This document shows, one piece after another, positions 1-11,300 of a stretch of 64,000 nt of DNA (the first letter of the stretch is position 1; every line of letters starts with the position of its first letter). Location: positions 64,001 through 128,000 of the forward strand of contig CAYYQL010000001.1 in assembly GCA_964473825.1 (NCBI GenBank), written 5' to 3'. Under the pieces are notes generated by a model that was not told where the DNA came from, did no database searches, and saw only the letters and a program-made list of their open reading frames with translations. The translations under genes were made by a program, and so were the position numbers. This DNA comes from an uncultured archaeon (lineage in GTDB: Archaea > Asgardarchaeota > Thorarchaeia > Thorarchaeales > Thorarchaeaceae).

Positions 1-950
1 AAGCGATTGAAAGCAAGAATCTGACGAAGTATTATGGAAACCTCCTAGCGGTAGACCACGTCACCTTCGAAGTTAAGAAAGGCGAGATATTCGGCTTCCT
101 GGGCCCTAATGGCGCGGGTAAGACCACTACTGTTAGGATGTTCACGGGCTTGACTCAACCAAGCGATGGAACAGCGAGCATATTCGGGCATGATATTGGA
201 AGCGATACGATTGCCGCTAAGACACACGTGGGAATCGTACCAGAGACTTCCAACGTGTACAACGACCTCTCTGCTTGGGACAACATGATGTTTACCGGTG
301 AGCTCTATCAAGTTAGCAGGTCAGAGAGGGAAAGGAGAGCTAAAGAGCTCCTAGAGATGTTTGACCTCTATGACCGCAGAAAGGACAAGGCCAAAAGCTT
401 CTCAAAGGGAATGAAGCGGCGTCTTGCAATCTCGATGGGCTTGATAAACGATCCCCAGTTGCTCTTCTTAGACGAACCAACATCGGGCCTGGATGTCCAG
501 AGCGTCCTAATAATCAAGGATGTGATTAGCCAGCTTAACGAATCAGGGGTGACGATATTCCTGACAACGCACGACATCGAGGAAGCAAGTTTAATCTGCA
601 ATAGAGTCGCAATCATCCATAAAGGGAAGATAGCCGCAATAGATAGTCCCGAAAAACTGAAGCAGACAATCGAGAGCGTTCACTCCATAGAAATCGCGTT
701 TGATGATCCGTCATCCATCAGTATGGACGAACTTGAAGCAATCCAGACGGTGAACGAAGTCCAAAAGGTTGGAAACAGATTTCGGTTGTATACTCATGAC
801 ACAGCAGCAGCTCTTTGGCATTTGTGGGAATACCTTAGAAATGGTAACTTGCGTCCCATCACCATCAACACATATGGCCCCAATCTCGAAGATGTTTTTG
901 TCAGACTTACTGAAATAGATGCGAAACAGAAAAAGGAGGAACGAAATTGA
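1..950 (+). CDS. ABC-2 (DrrA-like) transporter ATP-binding protein, 5' end truncated by the window
   Basis: Frame is open from nt 3 (AIESKNLTKYYG...). Walker A GPNGAGKTT lies upstream of the ORF-track start at 138; signature FSKGMKRR, Walker B LLFLDEPT and H-loop TTHD follow. Confidence 0.95.
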   Translation, partial: AIESKNLTKYYGNLLAVDHVTFEVKKGEIFGFLGPNGAGKTTTVRMFTGLTQPSDGTASIFGHDIGSDTIAAKTHVGIVPETSNVYNDLSAWDNMMFTGELYQVSRSERERRAKELLEMFDLYDRRKDKAKSFSKGMKRRLAISMGLINDPQLLFLDEPTSGLDVQSVLIIKDVISQLNESGVTIFLTTHDIEEASLICNRVAIIHKGKIAAIDSPEKLKQTIESVHSIEIAFDDPSSISMDELEAIQTVNEVQKVGNRFRLYTHDTAAALWHLWEYLRNGNLRPITINTYGPNLEDVFVRLTEIDAKQKKEERN

Positions 951-1771
951 AAGACAGTACAACTACTGCAACACAAGTAATGCGTGATCTAAGGGCCTCA
1001 TGGGCAATCATGAAGAAAGATGCCCGAATCTACTACCTAAACCCCGGTACTCTCATGTTCGCGATATTGTTCCCACTCTTCATGTTCCTTTCATTCGCCG
1101 TCGGGAAGAATGCACCGGTGGACACCTTGATTCCGGGATTAATATCTATCACAATTCTGTTCAGTTCGTCCTCAATTGGACCGATGGCTATTCCAAGTGA
1201 AAGGAGATCGAAGACATTTGAAAGGCTAGTATCTGCGCCAGTATCGTTCAATTCGATATTGCTTGGCAAGACATTGGCAGGTTTCTTCTTCAGCATTATC
1301 ATAGGAGTTATTCCGTTGGTCATAGGTCTTGTATGGTTTGGGGTTCAAATCACCAGCATCGTATTCTTGATAGCCGGTCTGACACTTGCTTCTTTTTGTT
1401 TTGCAATGGTAGGAATAATGTTTGGTTCAATTCCTACAGAGAATCCTGGTGACGTCATGATGCTCCTTAACTTTGTTCGTCTGCCAATGATATTCATCAG
1501 TGGATTATTCATACCTATCGAAAGCCTGCCAGAATGGGGGCAAATGATAGCAGCTCTTTCGCCGCTTTCGTACGCAAATGACTTGCTCAGATATGCACTT
1601 CAAGGAATAACGCTCTATGGACCACTAATAGATTCAATCGTTCTAGTTCTCTTCACAGGCTTCTTCTTTTGGTTGAGCATTAGAATCAAGAGCAAATGGA
1701 GCGAAGAAAGCGATATGAAAGGAAAGGGGATGAACATGAAGAAAGAGAGGATGAAAAAAGGGAATCGGTGA
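947..1771 (+). CDS. ABC-2 type transporter permease
   Basis: About 6 hydrophobic segments, ERxxxTFERLxxAP and FISGLFIP..LPEW..I...SPLSY motifs; TTG start overlaps the ATPase stop. Confidence 0.93.
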   Translation: MKDSTTTATQVMRDLRASWAIMKKDARIYYLNPGTLMFAILFPLFMFLSFAVGKNAPVDTLIPGLISITILFSSSSIGPMAIPSERRSKTFERLVSAPVSFNSILLGKTLAGFFFSIIIGVIPLVIGLVWFGVQITSIVFLIAGLTLASFCFAMVGIMFGSIPTENPGDVMMLLNFVRLPMIFISGLFIPIESLPEWGQMIAALSPLSYANDLLRYALQGITLYGPLIDSIVLVLFTGFFFWLSIRIKSKWSEESDMKGKGMNMKKERMKKGNR

Positions 1772-1873
1772 AATAGTACTTCGAGCGGATTCATTCGTGT
1801 AAGTATGAGCAACGGATGAATCCTTGCGGTAATCATTCTACAAGTCCGGTGAGGGGCTCAAGGATAACCTAAG

Positions 1874-1899
1874 AGGAGGGCATCCATCCCCTCCTTTTT
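1874..1899 (+). terminator. Hairpin + T-tract downstream of the ABC operon
   Basis: AGGAGGG (1874-1880) / CCCTCCT (1889-1895) followed by TTTT. Confidence 0.55.
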
Positions 1900-2343
1900 G
1901 TATTCAGAAACTCGAAATCTCTAGCAGAGCTGTCAGATTCAGCATATGAGTATTCCAAGCAAGAAACACGAACTGATACACGAGATTGACCGTCAATGGT
2001 TCGCGCGTCGACAACAACGACAGCCTCGGAAGCTCGCATACTAGACATGATCGAGTCCCAACAGAATCTGAACATGCCAAGTCCACCGTTGGGAATGACA
2101 CTATCTCTGCTGATTACACGGAATTCGCAAAACTTTGAATATTACAAGCGGGTGCATTGTCCTCAGGACCCGTTTGACATGCTTCATCTATCCCGTTTGA
2201 CCACCGCAATTCTGTCTCCTGCTGGTGACTGATTGAGCCTCTTATCTGGCGACAAGAGACAAATGAATCGGTTGCCGCTTCCTTGGTGGCTTCAGGAGTA
2301 GCGGCTGCATATTCTAAACAATACAGAGCGATTAGTCGATAGG

Positions 2344-2712
2344 TCAATCCTGCTCTTCAAGGTGCTCTTCGAATGAATCAAACAAGTCAGCAGCACGGAT
2401 AGGTTTGGTCAAGAAACCGATAGCACCGGCGTCGATGGCCTCATCAACAACCGAATCATCTGCACTGAGGAAAAGAATTTTCACATCATGGTCAATGCGC
2501 TTGATTTCTCGGGTTGCTATGATCCCATTCATGACCGGCATCCGATGATCCATCAGAATGATATGAGGTCGAGGATTCGCCTTCATGAACTCCTCGATGG
2601 CCTCTTCACCGTTGGCGGCATGGCTAACGACTCGATGACCCCCTATTGCTAGGATTCGGTCCAGCACTTTGTGTAGAAATGCATCGTCGTCAACAATCAT
2701 TACCCGTGTCAT
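2344..2712 (-). CDS. Stand-alone response regulator receiver protein
   Basis: IVDDD, ILMDHRMPVMNG (phospho-Asp), LSAD and KP motifs; no output domain. Confidence 0.95.
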   Translation of the reverse strand: MTRVMIVDDDAFLHKVLDRILAIGGHRVVSHAANGEEAIEEFMKANPRPHIILMDHRMPVMNGIIATREIKRIDHDVKILFLSADDSVVDEAIDAGAIGFLTKPIRAADLFDSFEEHLEEQD

Positions 2713-2714
2713 AT

Positions 2715-3803
2715 TCAGCCCTCCTCCGCTTGCTCGCTGCGCTTGTATCGTAGGAGCATCACAAAATTTGCACCCTTTGTGTGATCATTGGCTACGCGGT
2801 CTTCTACTCGAATGAAACCACCGTTGTTCTCAAGGATCTTCTTTACCAGTGTCAAGCCCAGTCCAAGACCTAAGATACTCTCGCGGCGATGGGATAGCTC
2901 CGAGAAGACCCTCTCCTTATCATGATCAGATATCCCAGGGCCGAAGTCTTTAACCTCAACTCTAAGAAATGGAGTATGCGTCACTTCTTCAGCGTCTACG
3001 ATAATCTTCACTCTGTCACTTTTATCAAACTTCATTGAATTGTGGAATAAACTGTAGAATACATCGTCGAGGTATTGATCAGCGATGATATAGTATTCGC
3101 CCGCTTCGACATTTGTTTCTAAGTCAAGTTCCTTATCTTCAAAGGATTTACTCACTGACTCGGCGGCTTTTGCTACTGTTTCGGTCAGCTCCCATTCCTT
3201 CTTGACTGGTGGGAGAGCATCTAGACGCGTAATCTTTCGCACGCCTGAAATGAGTTTTGAAGCACGATCAATCTCATCAAGTCCCTCGCGAATGAATCCC
3301 TCCAGTTGCCGGGGCAAAGAAGGATTGTAGAGGAGTACTTCAAGGGTGGAGAGAATCTCTTGGTTTATATTTGTGAGGTCGTGAACCATCAAGTCGGCAA
3401 GGAATTCGATCCGTGCTCTTGATTCCTTCAGTTCTTTCGCGGCTCTCTTCCGTTCAGTAGTATCACGGAAAAAGCCAGTGGCCGCAACAATGCTGTTCCC
3501 CTCTTTTCTAGGGAAGAGATTGCCTTCCACATGTACCGCATCTCCGTGCTTCGTGATGAAGGTAGTCTGAACATCGGTTCGACTCATCCCGTTGAGAATC
3601 TGGGAGACCACTTCTTGATGTTTTTTCATTTCGCCGGGAAACAGTATGTCCTTGAGTCCAAGCTGGTCAATCTCGTCGCTATCATATTCCATTCTCTCAA
3701 GCCAAGCTCTATTGACAAATTCGAAGCTACCGTCAGGCGTTACGCTATGGATGAGATCGTTGGTTCCCTCAATTAGAGACACCAACAGCTGTAAATCTTC
3801 CAT
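2715..3803 (-). CDS. PAS-domain sensor histidine kinase (cytoplasmic)
   Basis: N-terminal PAS (FEFVNRAW), H-box HDLTN, N-box HNSMKF, G1 DFGPGI, G2 GLGLGL; 2 nt from the receiver gene. Confidence 0.95.
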   Translation of the reverse strand: MEDLQLLVSLIEGTNDLIHSVTPDGSFEFVNRAWLERMEYDSDEIDQLGLKDILFPGEMKKHQEVVSQILNGMSRTDVQTTFITKHGDAVHVEGNLFPRKEGNSIVAATGFFRDTTERKRAAKELKESRARIEFLADLMVHDLTNINQEILSTLEVLLYNPSLPRQLEGFIREGLDEIDRASKLISGVRKITRLDALPPVKKEWELTETVAKAAESVSKSFEDKELDLETNVEAGEYYIIADQYLDDVFYSLFHNSMKFDKSDRVKIIVDAEEVTHTPFLRVEVKDFGPGISDHDKERVFSELSHRRESILGLGLGLTLVKKILENNGGFIRVEDRVANDHTKGANFVMLLRYKRSEQAEEG

Positions 3804-4160
3804 TCCGTCATTCCTCGATTGGTTTAATCGATGGGTGCCTAAGCCATCTGGACACCAGGCTAACCTTCGAAGAGAATCTTATAATCGTATCTTATGCGTA
3901 AACAAACCGAATTTTGCCAAACGAGATACTTCGCATGAAATACTGCACCTGCAGGGGCTCTCTCAATCAGTGTCACTGCAATCCTAGAAGGCGAGCACGA
4001 TGCCAAACTCGCTATCTTCCGTATTGATGGAATCTCGGCAGCCCACAGTTGCCATCGTTGTAGCTAACGATGAATCATTCTTAGGAGGCCCATGCGGGTC
4101 AGTATAGCTGGTCTTACCGGCAACCAAGGATTTTGAGAGGTAATGGCAAATCCAACCAGC

Positions 4161-4177
4161 TGAAGTTTATTAAGCAC
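4161..4177 (+). promoter_or_regulatory. BRE/TATA-like promoter of beta-helix gene 1
   Basis: TGAAGTTTATTAAGCAC; near-identical motifs lie upstream of both paralogues. Confidence 0.6.
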
Positions 4178-4276
4178 ATGGCGTTCCTTAGTAGCGCATC
4201 TGCACAAGAATTTATGTTGGTTAGCCTGCTGTCACCAGGTCACTGGCCACAAGGAGAAGTTATTCGCGGAGGATAC

Positions 4277-7200
4277 ATGATGAAGAATAAGGTTTTCATG
4301 GTTGTTGTGTTTGCAATCTTAGTTGCCCAGCCACTCGTGATTACGTCTGGCATCTTCACGCCAGAGGCGGGGACTCAACTATCAAAGACTAAGCCGAACA
4401 TACCGGCACAAGATGTGGGTACTCGGCTGACTCCAGAGGAGCACACTAACCGTGTCCCCATACTCATAGAGGGAGAGGAGGACTTCGTGAGTCAGTCTTG
4501 GCCCGGTGACGGGTCTTCCGATTCCCCCTACGTCATTGAGGGTCTAAACATCACTTACGACATCAGCCAGATCCTAATCAGGGTCTACAACACAACGTCG
4601 TACTTCGTTATCAGGGACTGCTATATCGGCCAATTGTCTTTGGACAGATACGCTATCGAAGTGGTGAATGCCACCAACGCTGTGATTGAATATGTCACCG
4701 TTGTTTCCGAAGGCTATGGTATTCGCCTCGAGAATGTCACGGATGCACGAGTTGCCCATGTTGATTCTCACGTTGATCAAGTGTCATACATGGAACTCGT
4801 TGAGTGTGAGAACATCGAGGTAGACTTCAACTCGCTTGTAGGTCACGGGTTATCTATCACTGATTGTACAGGCATCGGAGTCACAGGCAATCAGATATCA
4901 CAGGCTGGAGCAATGGGACTCTTCATCAAGCAATCAAACGGAACACTGGTCCAGTCCAATCTAGTCAATGTCACTACGGGTTCTGGGCTGCGACTGGATA
5001 ATAGCAGTCATTGCGATGTTCGAGCCAATCAGATTCTCAATGCAAGTGCGGCGGGAATCCATCTGACACTCTCCGAAAACGTCACTATAGAAGACAATAG
5101 GGTGCTTAGTTCTGGAGGAAGCGGCATTCAATTCACAAGTCATCAGTGGATCAGCATTGTTGGTAACCACTTCAACTCATCAGGTGCTTATCCAATCTAT
5201 ACCACGGCTTCGGAGAATGGAATCATATCTGGAAACATCATTGCGAATACGCCCAGCTACGGGGGAATTGTCTTTCAAAGCAGTGCTGAGAATTTCACAA
5301 TCTCAGATAACCACATCGAGAACACTTATGGAGGATTCATCACATTCTCGGGTGCAAATCTGGATATTGTCAGGAATACCATAAACAATGTCGGCAACCA
5401 CTTCATTGCCCCCAGTGGAGTCTTAGATGCGAAGGTAATCAACAACACCTGTAAGGATTCTAGCCTGTTTGCAATCTACTTGAGTAACTCTCATCGTGCA
5501 ATTGTATCAGGAAATGTTGTGAACAGCTCCTATAACCAAGGAATCCTTGGAGATGGCATCAATCTGACGATCAGTGATAATCTGCTCTACGAAAACGCCA
5601 TTGGTGTTACTTTGTCCAGTATATCCACCAACGCAAGGGTGTCTAACAACTGGATACGGGAAACAGAAACTGGTGTACGCATAGAAGCCAGTGATGCAGA
5701 AGTCGAGTCCAACTCTATATCCTATGCCCTAACAGGAATAGGGGTTTACGGGACCGCCCATAGAGCTCAAATAGTTGACAACACAATTGACACGGTGTCC
5801 ACCGGTATATTTGTGAGAAACACAAACCAGAGTGTGGTTGGCAACACGATATCCAATGCAGTTATTGGAGTTGACCTGAACACCGCTACAGCACCCTGGA
5901 TCGGAAGCAACACAATACAAGATAGCGAAACCGGTATTCAGGTCTCCGCGACAACCCAAGGGTTATTCGAGAACAATAACATGACAGGCTGCGGTTTCTA
6001 CTTCCCGCCAGGGCAATCATTAGCTCAGCTCAATCACACGCTTCTAGATAATTATGTTGACGAGAAGCCCGTCTTTTATGACTTGAATAGCGTTGGCCTG
6101 ACGCTTGACGATTCTTATGGTGAATACATTCTTGTGAATAGCACGGATGTGGCCATCACAGGGGGCCTCTTCTCGCATACAACTGCTGCCGTTCTTGCAT
6201 ACCTCACTGACGAACTGACCATCTCTGATATGTTCACAGTCGATCTGATCTACCCCTTCGTATTCGACAGGTGTGAGAATGTCACTCTCCAGAACTCGGT
6301 TTTGGAGGATCTCTACTCGGGTGATGGAGTGACCGTCATCGGTTCAGTCAGATTCGTTGCTGACAATGTTTCTATCTCTCGTGGCAGTCACAATGGCTTC
6401 ATGCTTGACGGTTCTTCATTGTCCACCATCCAGAACTGCGATATCTCGGACCTCGATGGCGCCGGAGTGTATTCCCATAGTTCTGAATATGGTCTCGTAG
6501 AATCCAACCTGATGTCCAACTGTACATATGGGGTTAGAATCGAATTCACTGTTTACTCAAGCATCCGAGCAAATCACATGCAGTGGTGCGAGTACGGAAT
6601 CTTTTCGTCTTCAGAGTCTGACCTCAACAACGCCACGTTCAACAACATACACGATGGTCTCTACGGAATCCGAATGGACGACAGCTTCACATGGTACATC
6701 TACAACAACACCATCCGCTGGAACTCCTATGGCCTGTACATTACTCAGACGGACGATGACCAGTATATCTACAACAACACCTTTGCACTGAACAGGATTC
6801 TCAATGGTTTTGACTCTGGTTCTGACCAGTGGGACGACCGTGTAGATAGTGGCAATTACTGGGACGACTACAGCGGAACAGGCGTGTATAACATACCTGG
6901 TGGTTCATCGGTTGACAACTATCCCTACCAGTATATCGTAACCAAGCCCATCATCAACAGCCCAATCGACCTCTGGTATGCGGAAGGATCAGTTGGTAAC
7001 ACAATCGTCTGGTTCCCGTATGACGACTCGCTTCGCAACTGGCGGGTTGAGATTGATGGGGCTGAATGGACACGGGATGCGTGGAACTTCGACAACGTAA
7101 CTGTCAATGTCGATGGCCTCTCTTACGGCACGCACACAGTTACCCTGACAGTGTGGGACATGTATCAGAACTACGTTAACGATACCGTTCTGGTTCATGT

Positions 7201-7882
7201 ATTCGACGACACGCCACCCGTCATTGACAGCCCGGCAGATCAGTGGTTGTTTGGAGACCTAACTGGCCAGACAATCGACTGGGAGGTAAGCGACCTCAAT
7301 CCGGACACCTACACGGTGTTTGTGGATGGTATCGAGTTTGAAACTGGCACATGGAGTACAGGAATTCTGTCCGTAAACGTCGATGCAATCCCTGTAGGAA
7401 GGCATGATGTCGTATTGGTAATCTATGATGTTGACGGAAACTCGGCCAGTGATTCAGTGGCTGTCCTCGTCATTCAGGACGATGAAGCACCTACCATAGA
7501 CAGCCCCGCCGACCTGGTCTATATTGAAGGCACGACAGGAAACAGAATCGCCTGGAATCCCAGTGACGCACATCCTGATAGATATGAGATTGTTTCGGAT
7601 GGTTCGGTGGTAGAGGAGGGAGTGTGGGCAGGCAGTCGAATCGCGTTCAGCGTTGATGGATACAGTGTGGGTAACTATACCTTTACCATCACAGTCTATG
7701 ACAAGTCTGGTCGCTCGGCGAGCGATACTGTCACTCTGAACGTGTTAGCTGTCACACCGACAGAAACCCCGACCGAGCCTGCTGATTACTCGATGCTGGC
7801 CATAATCGCAGGCGCAGCTGTGGTGGCAGTTGTCGTGATAGCCGTGCTCTATTATCTGACAAAACGAAGAGGTTCTGGTTAG
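4277..7882 (+). CDS. Secreted NosD/CASH right-handed beta-helix protein with 3 Ig-like repeats and C-terminal TM anchor (paralogue 1)
   Basis: ATG 4277 after GGAGGA; signal peptide; GI.l..s.n..I..N.i repeats; QWDD..SGNYWDDY cap; three P.IDSP.D...W...D.....DG..G...VYD..GN repeats; TM + KRR; many N-x-S/T sequons. Confidence 0.9.
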   Translation: MMKNKVFMVVVFAILVAQPLVITSGIFTPEAGTQLSKTKPNIPAQDVGTRLTPEEHTNRVPILIEGEEDFVSQSWPGDGSSDSPYVIEGLNITYDISQILIRVYNTTSYFVIRDCYIGQLSLDRYAIEVVNATNAVIEYVTVVSEGYGIRLENVTDARVAHVDSHVDQVSYMELVECENIEVDFNSLVGHGLSITDCTGIGVTGNQISQAGAMGLFIKQSNGTLVQSNLVNVTTGSGLRLDNSSHCDVRANQILNASAAGIHLTLSENVTIEDNRVLSSGGSGIQFTSHQWISIVGNHFNSSGAYPIYTTASENGIISGNIIANTPSYGGIVFQSSAENFTISDNHIENTYGGFITFSGANLDIVRNTINNVGNHFIAPSGVLDAKVINNTCKDSSLFAIYLSNSHRAIVSGNVVNSSYNQGILGDGINLTISDNLLYENAIGVTLSSISTNARVSNNWIRETETGVRIEASDAEVESNSISYALTGIGVYGTAHRAQIVDNTIDTVSTGIFVRNTNQSVVGNTISNAVIGVDLNTATAPWIGSNTIQDSETGIQVSATTQGLFENNNMTGCGFYFPPGQSLAQLNHTLLDNYVDEKPVFYDLNSVGLTLDDSYGEYILVNSTDVAITGGLFSHTTAAVLAYLTDELTISDMFTVDLIYPFVFDRCENVTLQNSVLEDLYSGDGVTVIGSVRFVADNVSISRGSHNGFMLDGSSLSTIQNCDISDLDGAGVYSHSSEYGLVESNLMSNCTYGVRIEFTVYSSIRANHMQWCEYGIFSSSESDLNNATFNNIHDGLYGIRMDDSFTWYIYNNTIRWNSYGLYITQTDDDQYIYNNTFALNRILNGFDSGSDQWDDRVDSGNYWDDYSGTGVYNIPGGSSVDNYPYQYIVTKPIINSPIDLWYAEGSVGNTIVWFPYDDSLRNWRVEIDGAEWTRDAWNFDNVTVNVDGLSYGTHTVTLTVWDMYQNYVNDTVLVHVFDDTPPVIDSPADQWLFGDLTGQTIDWEVSDLNPDTYTVFVDGIEFETGTWSTGILSVNVDAIPVGRHDVVLVIYDVDGNSASDSVAVLVIQDDEAPTIDSPADLVYIEGTTGNRIAWNPSDAHPDRYEIVSDGSVVEEGVWAGSRIAFSVDGYSVGNYTFTITVYDKSGRSASDTVTLNVLAVTPTETPTEPADYSMLAIIAGAAVVAVVVIAVLYYLTKRRGSG

Positions 7883-7887
7883 GGGAA

Positions 7888-7926
7888 GAAGGCCCGGGCA
7901 GAGATTCGGGCCTTTCCTCATTTCTC
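7888..7926 (+). terminator. GC-rich hairpin + pyrimidine tract after paralogue 1
   Basis: GAAGGCCCGGG (7888-7898) / TTCGGGCCTTT (7905-7915). Confidence 0.55.
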
Positions 7927-8135
7927 TGATCCATCTGAGTCAGGGTGTCTGGAGAAGACGACTCCAGCGCGCACACAGTCCTACTAGTCAGTGATAGATG
8001 GTCAGCCTACCGCATAGTATACGAAAATACCGTTATCATACCGAACAGATTGTTGGTAGGATATCTGTTCACACTGAAAGCAACATTGGGCATAACTCCG
8101 TAGAATGGCGTCCTTGGCATCAAAGAAGCGATACT

Positions 8136-8152
8136 TGAAACTTATTAGGCAC
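8136..8152 (+). promoter_or_regulatory. BRE/TATA-like promoter of beta-helix gene 2
   Basis: TGAAACTTATTAGGCAC, 14/17 identical to the motif at 4161. Confidence 0.55.
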
Positions 8153-8333
8153 TCAATCCAATCCATTGGTGTCAAAGCGCCCACAATAATTAAGAGGACG
8201 GCCGTGGTTGCCCTCATCGAAGCTTCGCAAGAGGCAGTGGTCACGCATAGGAGCTCGAGATGAATGGGTTATCACCTTCGGATTCTTAAAGCATGCCACG
8301 GGGCGTACAGACCACTGTTTGGAGGAGATTGAA

Positions 8334-11300
8334 ATTAGGAAAGTAACAGCTATTCTATTGCTAGTAGTCATTGCTCTGCAGCCATTCCTCATCTTTTCAG
8401 GAATGGTGGCACCAAAGACATTGACCCAAACGCCGCGTCATCTGACTGCTCAGGAGCCGGGCCCTCGGCTGGAACCGGAGGAGTTCATCAACCATGTACC
8501 CATCTACATCAACGGCACAGACGATTTCGAAGCTCAGAACTGGCCAGGATCCGGGACCGATGTTGACCCATATGTGATATCTGGGTTGAACATCACCTAC
8601 GGCATTGGGGTTCCACTCATTCAGATAGAGAATACCGACGCCTACTTCGTGATCCAGGACTGCTTCATGAACCAGCTTTCAGCAACTTGGGCCGTTTCTC
8701 TCTACAACGTGTCCCATGGCAGCATTGTTTACACTTACATGGAATCGAACTGGGGAGGAGCCTTGCTGGAAAGGGCGAACGGCACTCTAATCGACCACGT
8801 CTATACTCTTTCAGGTGACTACCTTGCAGTATATCTCCCAATCTCTACGGACTGTATTCTAACACATTCAGTCTTTAACTCGACAAACTCAGGGTCAATA
8901 CGGGCAGAACAAGCGCACCAACTACGGATTGAAGACACAGTCAGTCAATGTCACACAGGAGCCCGAAATCTCTATTTGCTCCAATCGAATCACACCACGA
9001 TACAGAGCACCCAGTTGTTCTATGGGACCTACGCAATAAGTGCAGTCGGATGTCACTGGTTCGCAGTTGATGATCTATTCGTGGATGACCCACAGACAGG
9101 TCTCGACCTAGTTCTCTCCCCGAATTCCATCCTTACGGATATCCACGGGACCGTCACTTCCGGTGCTGTATTGGAGATCGACGACTCTCAGAACAGTACC
9201 ATCGATGGCTTCACATTCCTTGAGGCAGGAACAGGAATGTACATATCAAGTTCCAATGATACGCGGGTTGCTAACTGCATTCTAGAGGACGTGACTGACG
9301 TCGGTATAGAGATGCATATCTCTCATCGTTGCAATATCACCAACAATGCCGTATCCATGTGTGCCGACGGAATCTACACAGCAGACTCTCATGACTTGAT
9401 TCTCAGCGGCAATACAGTGACGAACTCGGCAGGATACGGAATCGTAATTGAGAATGGTGACCGCGTCATTGTTGATTCGAACTCAGTCCATGACACTGGC
9501 CTCATAGGCATTCATCTAGATACTGGTGAGAACTGCACCTTCTCCAACAATGCGGTTGACCTGACTGAGGAAGCGGGCATCTTACTCCTCGATGCACCAA
9601 ATGTGATAGTGGAATACAATACGGTTTCTAACACGGACGAATACGGCATTCTTCTCGCCGGCTGTCAAAAGGCTCTGGTCCAAGAGAACACCATCATTCA
9701 TACGCTGGACGAGGGACTAAGCTGTGACACGTGCCCTGATTTACAGGTCTTGCGTAATGTCGTTATCGAATCAGAATCAACGGGGTTGTACTTCACCGAC
9801 TCTCCAAGGGCGATAGTCTTTGGAAACGAAGTGTTGCGTGCCGATGACGGCATCTACATCGATACATCGGTGAATATCTCGATTCTGGAGAACACGATTA
9901 CAGAAGTGAGGTACTCGGGGATAACTGCATGGGGGGCTTATAACGGGGTGATTGCGAATAACACGATAGATGCAAGAACATCCTCTTTTGGCCTTCGAGT
10001 GGAATTCACTCGGAATGCGACGATAGCATCTAATGACCTCACGGGCTGTGGAATCTACCTGGGTGACCAACCGGCACTGATTTGGGTCAACCACACTATT
10101 CATGACAACACTGTAAACAGCAAACCATTCCTGTATCTGATTAGCGAATCAGACCTCATCGTTTCTGGCGGCGATTACGGCCAGATTGCTATGGTCGATT
10201 GCACAAACATCACAGTCTCAGGAGGTGTCTTCGAGTATTGCAGCGTCCCGATTGTAATCTACACAGGAGAGTACATCCATATCGAAGGCATAGAATCTGT
10301 AGGCAATTACTATGGGTGTATCGCCAATCCGGCACAAAACCTCACTCTCATAGACTCGCACTTTGAGGGGGTGGCCAATGGCAGAGGCCTGGGACTGTAT
10401 GAATCAGATGACGCCCACGTTGAAGGCTGCACCTTCAGGAAGTTTAGTGGTATGAACGGATATGGCATCGATTCGTACGAGTCTTCGAGATTCGTTCTCA
10501 TTTCAAGTATCCTGGAGTACAATCATAGAGGCCTTTACCTCCGACATGGTGATGACGCCCTCATTGCCGGATGTGACTTTAATCACAACGAGTATACCGG
10601 AATCTATGCCGCCCAGTCAGCTGATCGGGCAACAGTTGAAGACTGCTACTTCCTGAACAGCACGATGGGTATCTATGTTGATAACTCGGACTATTGGAAC
10701 ATAACCGATTGCGAAGTCCGACATTGTACAACAGGAATCTACATTGCGGGATCCTCTGCAGACTTCAACAACGTGACATCCAGCATTGTAGAGAGCTGTG
10801 GCTATGGCATTCGAGTGAGCAACGGTGACAACGCCACAATCACAAACAATACAGTCCGCTGGTGTACGACCTATGGAATCTATCTCTCCAATTCAGACGG
10901 ATCTGAGGTCTACTATAACACGATCGCATTCAATTCGATCAACGGTTATGACAACGACCCACACAATTGGGACGACGGGGTATCAGAAGGGAACTGGTGG
11001 GGAGATTACACACCACCTCCCCCATATTCCATAACGGCCGGGGGCGGCGGCGCAGTTGACAACTACCCCAACCTGTGCGCTCCGACAACTCCAGTCATCG
11101 ATCAGCCAATGGACCTCTATTACGCTGAAGGTTCAACAGGCAATGAACTTACTTGGAATCCGCGTGACGACGAGCTGCGTGACTGGACCGTCAAAATCGA
11201 TAGTCAGTTCTGGGCATCGGGTGCTTGGAACTTCGATGACATCACAGTAGAAGTTGATGGCTTGCCCTATGGCACCCACATGCTCGACATAATTGTCTAT

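Noticed and set aside
8292-8313. 12-bp (inverted) and 10-bp matches between the paralogue-2 leader and the 58.9-kb structured region
   Set aside because: Matches of this length are expected by chance in 64 kb, they are in inconsistent orientations, and they do not extend.
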